Shown: piece by piece, positions 1 through 6,732 of the stretch
Position numbering within the stretch: the stretch's first letter is position 1
Layout: each line of letters opens with the position of its first letter
Source of the DNA: Candidatus Aminicenantes bacterium
GTDB lineage: Bacteria > Acidobacteriota > Aminicenantia > UBA2199
Reading direction: 5' to 3'
Assembly (NCBI GenBank): GCA_030639705.1
Contig: DAOWKX010000008.1
Coordinates: forward strand, 1 to 34,033
Length of the DNA stretch: 34,033 nt
Notes under the pieces: model-generated
The model's database searches: none
The model's input: the letters and a program-made list of their open reading frames with translations, nothing else
Told to the model about the DNA's origin: nothing
Program-made: the position numbers and the translations under genes

Positions 1-751
1 CAATGACTACTGTATTGTCAACCCTATCTGACACCCAATCCGTATAGGCATCTATAATAATTTCAGGATTTGAATAAACCGGACCATGGCTGGGGGCAAT
101 CATTTGAAAATCAAGGGCTTTGATTTTTTCTATATTTTTCCTCACCACATTTCTAAACGGCATCATTATTTCGGCATAGTATCTTTTGGCATCTTCTACG
201 ACTTTGGCTTCATTTTTGACAAAGAGGTCACTGGTAGCCAGATGAGAACCAAAAAAATCACAGGAAAAAAGAATTTTATCCTCTTTAAAATAGGTACACA
301 TCGTCTCCGGCCAGTGAACCCAGGGAGTAAAAACAAACTCAAGAGTTATATCCCCCAGAGAGAGGGTTTCCCCGTCTCCGACAGTTTTAATCCTGTTCCG
401 GGGAATCTGAAGAAGATCCATCAAGAAAGCCTTTCCTTTTTCATTGGCAATCAGGGTTGCTTCCGGAAATAATTCAAGAAGATCAGGAATTGAACCAGAA
501 TGATCCTGTTCGGCGTGATTGGAAACCAGATAGTCTATTTTATCAATCTGTAATTTTTTCAGATTTGACATGAGCTCATGCTTTTTGGCTGGATCAACTG
601 AATCGATTAAAATGGTTTTGCCTTTTCCCTTTATCAAATAGGAATTATAACTGGTACCATCCGGGAGAGGGATGAGTTCATCAAAAATCCTCCGGTCCCA
701 ATCCCTGGAACCGACCGAAAAAACCCTCTGATTTAGTTGCTGTACTGGCAT
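1..751 (-). CDS. Flavodiiron protein (FprA / rubredoxin:oxygen oxidoreductase type), N-terminal diiron metallo-beta-lactamase-like domain; the 3' end runs off the window
   Basis: Absent from the ORF track because it reaches the window edge. My translation of the minus strand from ATG 751-749 gives [53 protein letters not shown]...LVSNHAEQDHSGSIP...FSCDFFGSH...APSHGP. It stays open for 250 codons to position 1. It has the typical FDP N-terminus and an HxExDH-type diiron motif. Its ATG overlaps the rubredoxin stop (TAATG). Confidence 0.85.
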   Translation of the reverse strand, partial: MPVQQLNQRVFSVGSRDWDRRIFDELIPLPDGTSYNSYLIKGKGKTILIDSVDPAKKHELMSNLKKLQIDKIDYLVSNHAEQDHSGSIPDLLELFPEATLIANEKGKAFLMDLLQIPRNRIKTVGDGETLSLGDITLEFVFTPWVHWPETMCTYFKEDKILFSCDFFGSHLATSDLFVKNEAKVVEDAKRYYAEIMMPFRNVVRKNIEKIKALDFQMIAPSHGPVYSNPEIIIDAYTDWVSDRVDNTVVI

Positions 752-909
752 TATTCTTCCTCAAACATATCTTTTCCAACACCGCAGACGGGGCACACCC
801 AATCTTCGGGTAAATCTTCAAAAGAGGTTCCGGGCTTGATCTCTGAATCAGGATCTCCAACTTCAGGATCATAAACATAACCACAGGCTTTACACACGTA
901 CTTTTTCAT
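751..909 (-). CDS. rub: Rubredoxin (52 aa)
   Basis: Below the ORF-track size cut-off. Hand translation from ATG 909-907 gives [52 protein letters not shown]. It has two CxxCG knuckles (CKACG, CPVCG) and the rubredoxin aromatic core. An SD site AAGGAGAG lies 6-7 nt upstream (917-924 region). Confidence 0.93.
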   Translation of the reverse strand: MKKYVCKACGYVYDPEVGDPDSEIKPGTSFEDLPEDWVCPVCGVGKDMFEEE

Positions 910-960
910 TTTTTCTCTCCTTGTTATATTATTTATTAATTATATTTTCTCTATTTATAT

Positions 961-1386
961 TTATTGCAAGCATTTCTTACAAATTCCCAAAAATTGAATC
1001 TTAACTTCCTCGATTTTATGGCCCTGTATAAATGTTCGTGAAAAAAAAGGCATTTTTAAATCAATGTCAATAATCCGACCGCAAACCGAACAATAAAAAT
1101 GGGCATGGGGTTTATCCACAATATCATAATGGGATTCTGAATCACTGGTTTTCAGAGTGGTTAAAATTCCTTTTTTTACAAACAGATTCAAATTATTGTA
1201 AACGGTTGTTCTGGAAAGAGTAGGAATATTTTTTGAAATTTGTTGGTAAATCATTTCAGCAGAAGGATGATTTTTGTTTTTTATAATGTATTCCAGGATT
1301 AAAAGGCGTTGAAAAGACGGTTTAACTCCTTTAGAGCTCAGGAGATCCTGAAATTTGCGATAAATATCATGCTCTCTTTCTTCCAT
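961..1386 (-). CDS. Fur-family metalloregulator (PerR-like by context)
   Basis: 141 aa with an N-terminal winged-helix (RLLILEYI...HPSAEMIYQQI...ISRTTVYNNLNLF). Metal-site residues include HAHFYCSVCGRI and a C-terminal CKKC (2 x CxxC structural Zn site). It sits first in an operon with rubredoxin and a flavodiiron protein. Confidence 0.85.
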   Translation of the reverse strand: MEEREHDIYRKFQDLLSSKGVKPSFQRLLILEYIIKNKNHPSAEMIYQQISKNIPTLSRTTVYNNLNLFVKKGILTTLKTSDSESHYDIVDKPHAHFYCSVCGRIIDIDLKMPFFSRTFIQGHKIEEVKIQFLGICKKCLQ

Positions 1387-1431
1387 ATCAAAACCTATAT
1401 TTTTACCATCCGGCCATAATACTGTAATTAT

Positions 1432-1458
1432 TTAATATTGTAATGATTACAATATTAA
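1432..1458. promoter_or_regulatory. 27-bp perfect palindrome (13-1-13), candidate Fur/PerR-box operator
   Basis: TTAATATTGTAAT-G-ATTACAATATTAA read directly from the sequence. The AT-rich 7-1-7 core TTGTAATgATTACAA resembles Fur/PerR boxes. It abuts the -10 of the regulator's own promoter. Confidence 0.6.
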
Positions 1459-1486
1459 TATTAATACAAAAAATCTTATTTGTCAA
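1458..1486 (-). promoter_or_regulatory. Sigma70-type promoter of the Fur/PerR-rubredoxin-FDP operon
   Basis: Minus strand reads TTGACA (1486-1481), a 17-nt spacer, then TAATAT (1463-1458), about 70 nt upstream of ATG 1386. Confidence 0.55.
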
Positions 1487-1586
1487 CTAATATTTGTTTT
1501 ATATTATTGGAGTAAAATATGTTGTGTCATCGTAGAAGAGGCTAAACCAAATTTATACTGCTTCAAAAGTAGAACTGTGAAAAGAA

Positions 1587-1615
1587 TTGACAAATCAAGG
1601 GATTCTTGATATTTT
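1587..1615 (+). promoter_or_regulatory. Sigma70-type promoter for the RseC-family gene
   Basis: TTGACA (1587-1592), a 17-nt spacer ending in TGa (extended -10), then TATTTT (1610-1615), 24 nt before ATG 1639. Confidence 0.45.
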
Positions 1616-1638
1616 GATAACCATCACAGGTATTTGAA

Positions 1639-2076
1639 ATGAGTACTGAAGAAGGAACCATCACCAAAGCGGCCGGGAACAAAGCCTGGGTTCTTGTGGC
1701 GAGAAGTGAAATGTGTGATTGCTGTGGAAGCAAGGGAATCTGTCATACTCTCGGAGGGGGAAAAAATATGGAAGCCGAAGCTCTAAATACTGCAGGTGCC
1801 AAGGTGGGAGATAGAGTAAGGATAAAAATAAAGACCGGGACCTTATGGAAAATTTCCCTTCTGTTTTATATGATTCCTGTAATTGCTCTTGTACTTGGAG
1901 CCCTGGTGGGAATAAAGATTGGCACCCGAATCCACGCCGATCCGGAATTATTTTCCGCACTATCAGCCATAGTGTTTGCGGGTCTTTCTTTTGCAATTAT
2001 CAAATTAATTGCCAACCGGCTGCAGGATAAAAAAGATTACATCCCGGAAGTTGAGAGGATTCTCTCCCAGGGATAG
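1639..2076 (+). CDS. rseC: RseC/MucC-family (SoxR-reducing-system) membrane protein
   Basis: 145 aa. The N-terminal soluble part has a Cys cluster (CDCCGSKGIC), followed by two TM helices. This is the typical RseC architecture, a family often found next to rnf genes. Confidence 0.7.
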   Translation: MSTEEGTITKAAGNKAWVLVARSEMCDCCGSKGICHTLGGGKNMEAEALNTAGAKVGDRVRIKIKTGTLWKISLLFYMIPVIALVLGALVGIKIGTRIHADPELFSALSAIVFAGLSFAIIKLIANRLQDKKDYIPEVERILSQG

Positions 2077-2097
2077 GATACCCAAACCCGAGGGTGA

Positions 2098-2281
2098 TTA
2101 TTTATTTTCTTTATCTTCTTCTGATTCTTCTTCTTTATCGTCTTTCTTGATTGAGTCCTTGAAATTTTTAATCCCTTCTCCCAAACCTTTGGCCAGTTCA
2201 GGAATTTTTTTTTCCCCCGAAAAGCAAGGCTATAATGACAAAAATAATTAATATTTCCCATATTCCAAAAGATCCAAACAT
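2098..2281 (-). pseudogene. tatA: Twin-arginine translocase subunit TatA/E, interrupted by a 1-nt insertion in an A9 homopolymer
   Basis: From ATG 2281 the frame reads [25 protein letters not shown], then hits NS-stop. Dropping one A of the A9 run (plus-strand T9 at 2205-2213) gives ...[40 protein letters not shown]. That is the canonical TatA TM helix, FG-KK hinge and amphipathic helix. The span is 184 nt (3n+1). The A9 count is corroborated by ORF-track frame 2037..2261 (..RGKKKF..). Confidence 0.8.
2205..2213. repeat. T9/A9 homopolymer at the tatA frameshift site
   Basis: ggaaTTTTTTTTTccccc read directly from the sequence. Confidence 0.95.
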
Positions 2282-2301
2282 TACGCTCACCTCAATCTAA
2301 A

Positions 2302-2330
2302 ATTTTAAATGGTTTTCACAATGAAGTCAA
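2302..2330 (-). promoter_or_regulatory. Sigma70-type promoter immediately upstream of tatA
   Basis: Minus strand reads TTGACT (2330-2325), a 17-nt spacer, then TAAAAT (2307-2302), followed by SD GAGGTGA and ATG 2281. Confidence 0.55.
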
Positions 2331-2387
2331 TAGGTGGGTATATAACCTCCCCAACAATAAATAGATTGAATCCTAATACACTCGACT

Positions 2388-4184
2388 TTATTCAATGGCT
2401 CTGCTGGGGCAAACCCCAATACAGATTCGGCATTGAATACATTTTTCTTTATCAATAAAGGCAACTTTGCCTTTTTCCCAGACAATGGCATTACTTTCAC
2501 ATGACCTGGCACACAGTCCACATTTTATACAAAGTTCGGGGATCACGCGGAATTTCAGGAGTGCCGGGCAAACATGAGCCGGGCAACGTTTTTCAAGAAT
2601 GTGAGCTTCATATTCATGCCTGAAATATTTAATGGTGGTTAAAACCGGGTTCGGTGCGGTCTTTCCCAGACCACAGAGTGCGGCATCAATGATGGTTTCT
2701 GACAAACGCTCTAGTGTGTCAAGATCCTCAATCTTCCCGTTTCCGTCACAAATTCTTTCGAGTATCTCCAGCATCACTTTTGTCCCCACTCGGCAGGGGG
2801 TACATTTTCCACAACTTTCTTCAGCCGTGAAGTTGAGAAAAAATTTGGCAATATCAACCATGCAACTGGTCTCATCCATGACCACCATACCGCCAGAGCC
2901 CATGATGGCACCGGTTTTATTTATGGATTCATAATCAATGGGAATATCAAACATGCTCTCGGGAATACACCCACCCGAGGGGCCGCCCAGCTGAGCCGCC
3001 TTAATCCTTCTATTTTTAATTCCGCCTCCTCCGATCTCAAAGATCACCTTGCGCAATGACATTCCCATTGGAACTTCAACAAGTCCGGTATATTTCACTT
3101 TCCCGGCCAAGGCAAAGACTTTGGTCCCTTTACTCTGGGGAGTCCCGATTGAGGCATAGGCTTCGGGCGAATCAATAATAATCCTTGGGAGATTGGCCAG
3201 AGTTTCAACGTTATTCACCACCGTGGGTTTCTGAAACAATCCTTTAATCGGAGGAAAAGGGGGTTTTGGCCTGGGCATTCCCCGCTGATCTTCAAGGGAA
3301 GCGATCAGAGCTGTTTCTTCACCGCATACAAAAGCGCCGGCACCCTCTCTGATGCTGATGTCAAATGAAAATCCGCTGTCCAGGATGTTCTCTCCTAAAA
3401 AAAAATTTTCTCTGGCATCGGATAAGGCCTTATCCAGAGTTTTTAAAGCAAGGGGATATTCAGCCCGGCAATAGATAAAGCCCTCGGTGGCACCGATCGA
3501 ATAGCCGGCGATTATCATCCCCTCCAATACCGAATGAGGGTCTCCTTCAAGAATCGAGCGATCCATAAAAGCACCCGGATCACCCTCATCTGCATTACAA
3601 ATCACATATTTAATATCGGATTGTACATTTCGACAGAAGGTCCACTTCTTTGCCGTGGGGAATCCTGCCCCGCCACGTCCTCTGATACCTGATTTACCAA
3701 TCTCTTCGATCACCTCTTCCGGTTTCATTTTTAAAATTATTTTTATCGCTTTATAGCCATCATTATCAAGATAATCCGATATTCTAAAGGGATCGATATT
3801 TCCACAATTTCTCAGGACAATCTTCACCTGATCCTTGATCACCGAATACTCATTGGTAAAAGGTACACCCTGGTAAATTGTTATAGTGGCGTTTTCCGGG
3901 GGATATTGAAACAGAACATGCTTCTTTATTATCTCCCCATTATTGATGGTTTTCTCGATAATATTGGGAACCGATTCATCGGTAATATTCCCGTAAGTTA
4001 AACGGGTCCAGCCATCGATTTCTATCTCCGCAATCACTTCCTGGGAACACATTCCGATACAGGCGGTTGATCCCAGCTCAATAGTAAGGTTATGCTTTTT
4101 TATCTCATCTTCAAATGCCTGATAGACGTCCTCACCACCTGCGGCTCTTCCACAGGTTGCCATTCCTATCGTTATCTTTGACAT
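2388..4184 (-). CDS. NuoF-like NADH/FMN-binding flavoprotein, HydB/HndC type (N-terminal thioredoxin-like [2Fe-2S] domain, C-terminal 2x[4Fe-4S] ferredoxin domain)
   Basis: 598 aa. Motifs: RGRGGAGFPTAKKW, NADEGDPGAFMDR, ESCGKCTPCR (N3 cluster), the N-terminal Cys pattern CGRAAG...CIGMC, and C-terminal CIKCGLCARSC and CIQCRICIGVCP. Confidence 0.9.
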   Translation of the reverse strand: MSKITIGMATCGRAAGGEDVYQAFEDEIKKHNLTIELGSTACIGMCSQEVIAEIEIDGWTRLTYGNITDESVPNIIEKTINNGEIIKKHVLFQYPPENATITIYQGVPFTNEYSVIKDQVKIVLRNCGNIDPFRISDYLDNDGYKAIKIILKMKPEEVIEEIGKSGIRGRGGAGFPTAKKWTFCRNVQSDIKYVICNADEGDPGAFMDRSILEGDPHSVLEGMIIAGYSIGATEGFIYCRAEYPLALKTLDKALSDARENFFLGENILDSGFSFDISIREGAGAFVCGEETALIASLEDQRGMPRPKPPFPPIKGLFQKPTVVNNVETLANLPRIIIDSPEAYASIGTPQSKGTKVFALAGKVKYTGLVEVPMGMSLRKVIFEIGGGGIKNRRIKAAQLGGPSGGCIPESMFDIPIDYESINKTGAIMGSGGMVVMDETSCMVDIAKFFLNFTAEESCGKCTPCRVGTKVMLEILERICDGNGKIEDLDTLERLSETIIDAALCGLGKTAPNPVLTTIKYFRHEYEAHILEKRCPAHVCPALLKFRVIPELCIKCGLCARSCESNAIVWEKGKVAFIDKEKCIQCRICIGVCPSRAIE

Positions 4185-4201
4185 TTACATTCCCTTCTGT
4201 T

Positions 4202-4699
4202 TTATTCCGCAGCCTCGCGATACATATCAATGATCTTTCTAATTTTATTCACATCCAGTTTACCATAAACCCTGTCATTGACCATCATGGCCGGAGCCAA
4301 GGCGCAGCAACCAAGACAGGCGACATCCTGAACTGTAAAAAGACCATCTTTGGTGGTATCTTCAATTTCACTTATCCCAATATGAGAATTTAAGCTTTCA
4401 CCCAGAATAGTGGCGCCTCCCACATGACAGGCCGTACCGTGACAGACTTTAACAATATTTTTGCCCACGGGTTTGGTCCTGAACTGGGCATAAAAAGTAA
4501 TAACCCCATATATATGACTCTCGGAAACATTCATTTTTTCGGAGAGATATTTTATCGAAAATTCAGGCACATAGCCAAACCGGGTCTGAATCTGTTGTAG
4601 GTAAATCATCAGAGATTTTTTTTGTTTATAATTATAGTAAATGGATTCCACGACTTCAATATCAGTTTTCGAGGGGTTTGTTGGTTCAGGCATACTCAC
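4202..4699 (-). CDS. NuoE-like [2Fe-2S] thioredoxin-fold subunit (HydC/24-kDa type)
   Basis: 165 aa with the Cys pattern VCHGTACHV...CLGCCALAP typical of NuoE/HydC. A GTG start at 4699 overlaps the upstream stop (GTGA); an alternative ATG lies at 4693. Confidence 0.88.
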   Translation of the reverse strand: MSMPEPTNPSKTDIEVVESIYYNYKQKKSLMIYLQQIQTRFGYVPEFSIKYLSEKMNVSESHIYGVITFYAQFRTKPVGKNIVKVCHGTACHVGGATILGESLNSHIGISEIEDTTKDGLFTVQDVACLGCCALAPAMMVNDRVYGKLDVNKIRKIIDMYREAAE

Positions 4700-6732
4700 T
4701 CACGCTCCTTAAACATTTTGGCTGTAATATCCTTCATACCCTTACATTTCATACACAATATTACCTGATAATTTATTCTTCTAAAGACCTCAGGTAGTGA
4801 AAGATCAATTTGATGAGGAATATCCGGTTTCTCTATTTTAATACCTGCCCTTTCCAACCTTTCATAATCAATCTCTTTTAAATGATCATATGTCTGTGCG
4901 ATTTCTTTCTCCCATATGTCTTCTGCGGTATTCATTTCCCAATTGTGACCCAATTTTTTTGCCAATTCTCTGAAAATCCACCAGGTGGGTTTTGCTTCTC
5001 CCGGTGAATCAACTGCTTTCCTGATCCGATTGATCCGGTAATCCGAACTGATGGTAGACCCATCATATTCCACCCAGACCGAAGCAGGCAATACAATATC
5101 TGCCTTTTCCTGTATTTCCGTCGGGAAAATATCCTGAACTACCAAAAACTCTAATGAATCGGTGTTAATCATATGAGGGGTCATTGAATATAAAAATTTC
5201 ACTTTATTAAGTTCTGATTTCCTTTTGGGAAAAATCCCCATAATATAAGCACCCACGGTATTATTTTCCCTGGAAATTGAGCAAATTCTCAGGTTTTCTA
5301 TCTTTTTAATATCCGAAATATCCATCCGGGGATCATGAAACACCAGGGTTTCACCTTTGATTTCCTTTTCCAGGCCGGATAAATTCTTCAGCTGAAGATG
5401 GGCAAATTTTGCTATTTCCATGTTTTCGGAATCCACGACAATGAGCCTGGTCCCCTGCAATACCGCCTGTTTAATAAATGTAGCAGCCACTGGATTGTCC
5501 CGTACGATGTCTGTACCCGCCACAACAATTGTTTCTGCTTTTTTTATCTCTTGGTAATCAATCCCCATGAAAGACGGAGGTTCAAAATGAAAAATATTTT
5601 CACTGGTCATAATCTGATTAAAAAATTTTTTTGTCAGAAACAAATCTTCATTGGTATTCTTGGTAGACACAAAACACCCGATTGCCTCACTACCATACTT
5701 TTCTTTGATCCCAGTCATTTTTCTGGCAACTAAATCCAGTGCTTTTTCCCAGTTTGATTCAACCAGTTTTCCATTTTCCCTGATTTTTGGACGGAGCAAT
5801 CGATCATTGGAGTGGATGAAATCAAAGCCGAATCGACCCTTGAAACAAAGCCTTCCCAGATTTGGTTTTGCATCTTCAATCCCATCAACTTTAACAATTT
5901 CATTATCTTTAATGCATAAATCGAGCTGACATCCCACTCCGCAGTAATAACAGGTGGTTTTCACCCGAGTCACATCCCACATTCTGGAGTTGAATCGATT
6001 TCTCTTCTCAAAGAGCGCTCCCACCGGACAACTCTGAACACATTCCCCGCAATAAACACAATCTGAATCAGGAAGGGTTTTGTCTCCTCTCACTACTATC
6101 TTGGCAATATTCCCCCTGTATCCATGGGAAATTGCATTGTTTACCTGAATCTCACAACAGGCCTGGACGCATCTGCCACAGAGAATACACCGTCCAAAAT
6201 CTCTTCCGATTAACGGATCATTATACTCAAGCGGGTATTTGGTGGGGATGCGATCCAATGTTCTCCGGGTAACCTGGTACCGATAGGCCAATGCCTGCAG
6301 TTCACAGCGTCCATAGGCAACACAAATATCATCTGCCCTATCATATTCACTAACTTCCTGCTGGAAATCCGACCATTCTTCAGGAAAATTCCCCCGGACA
6401 GAACAGTTATGGTTCCCGGAAATGAGCAACAATTCAAGAACCATCTTCCGGGCCTTTACAATGCGTGGCGTTTCAGTCGACACCTCCATGTTATCCGCCG
6501 CAGGTGAAGAACAAGCGGCAATGGGCCCCGGTGCTCCTTTCACATCAACGATACATATACGACAGGCCCCGGTGGGAGGAGCTCCTTTCAGATGACAGAG
6601 TGTGGGAATGTATATTTCATTTCTTCTGGCAACCTCAAGGATTGTTTCCCCCGGTTCAAATTCATATTTATTTCCATTAACGGTAATTGTTTTTTTTAAT
6701 TTGCTCATGGTCTCAGATCCATTTTTTTTCAT
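4696..6732 (-). CDS. NuoG-like / formate-dehydrogenase-alpha-like Fe-S subunit with a degenerate, truncated molybdopterin domain
   Basis: 678 aa. It has an N-terminal [2Fe-2S] site (CHLKG...CRIC...C), a His-ligated cluster region (GNHNC...C), CILCGRCVQAC and CVYCGECVQSCP, then a Mo-bisPGD-type 4Fe-4S motif CYYCGVGCQL...C. The position of the catalytic Cys/Sec segment reads SENIFHFEPPSF, with no Cys. There is no C-terminal cap domain. Confidence 0.85.
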   Translation of the reverse strand: MKKNGSETMSKLKKTITVNGNKYEFEPGETILEVARRNEIYIPTLCHLKGAPPTGACRICIVDVKGAPGPIAACSSPAADNMEVSTETPRIVKARKMVLELLLISGNHNCSVRGNFPEEWSDFQQEVSEYDRADDICVAYGRCELQALAYRYQVTRRTLDRIPTKYPLEYNDPLIGRDFGRCILCGRCVQACCEIQVNNAISHGYRGNIAKIVVRGDKTLPDSDCVYCGECVQSCPVGALFEKRNRFNSRMWDVTRVKTTCYYCGVGCQLDLCIKDNEIVKVDGIEDAKPNLGRLCFKGRFGFDFIHSNDRLLRPKIRENGKLVESNWEKALDLVARKMTGIKEKYGSEAIGCFVSTKNTNEDLFLTKKFFNQIMTSENIFHFEPPSFMGIDYQEIKKAETIVVAGTDIVRDNPVAATFIKQAVLQGTRLIVVDSENMEIAKFAHLQLKNLSGLEKEIKGETLVFHDPRMDISDIKKIENLRICSISRENNTVGAYIMGIFPKRKSELNKVKFLYSMTPHMINTDSLEFLVVQDIFPTEIQEKADIVLPASVWVEYDGSTISSDYRINRIRKAVDSPGEAKPTWWIFRELAKKLGHNWEMNTAEDIWEKEIAQTYDHLKEIDYERLERAGIKIEKPDIPHQIDLSLPEVFRRINYQVILCMKCKGMKDITAKMFKERE

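Noticed and set aside
86-472. 128-aa plus-strand ORF from the track
   Set aside because: It lies antisense to a much better-supported flavodiiron protein gene (1-751, minus). Its translation is low-complexity with no recognisable motif.
681-884. 67-aa minus-strand ORF from the track
   Set aside because: It is out of frame across the rubredoxin/FDP junction. The true genes are rubredoxin (751-909) and FDP (1-751) in other frames.
1519-1545. 8-codon mini-ORF (MLCHRRRG*) with GGAG 6-7 nt upstream, in the perR/rseC intergenic region
   Set aside because: It could be a leader peptide. However, it lies upstream of the predicted rseC promoter and is too short to evaluate, so chance occurrence is likely.
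2009-2261. Track ORFs 2009-2251 (+) and 2037-2261 (-)
   Set aside because: Both are alternative frames of the frameshifted tatA locus, with Lys/Ser-rich low-complexity translations. The TatA reading explains the region.
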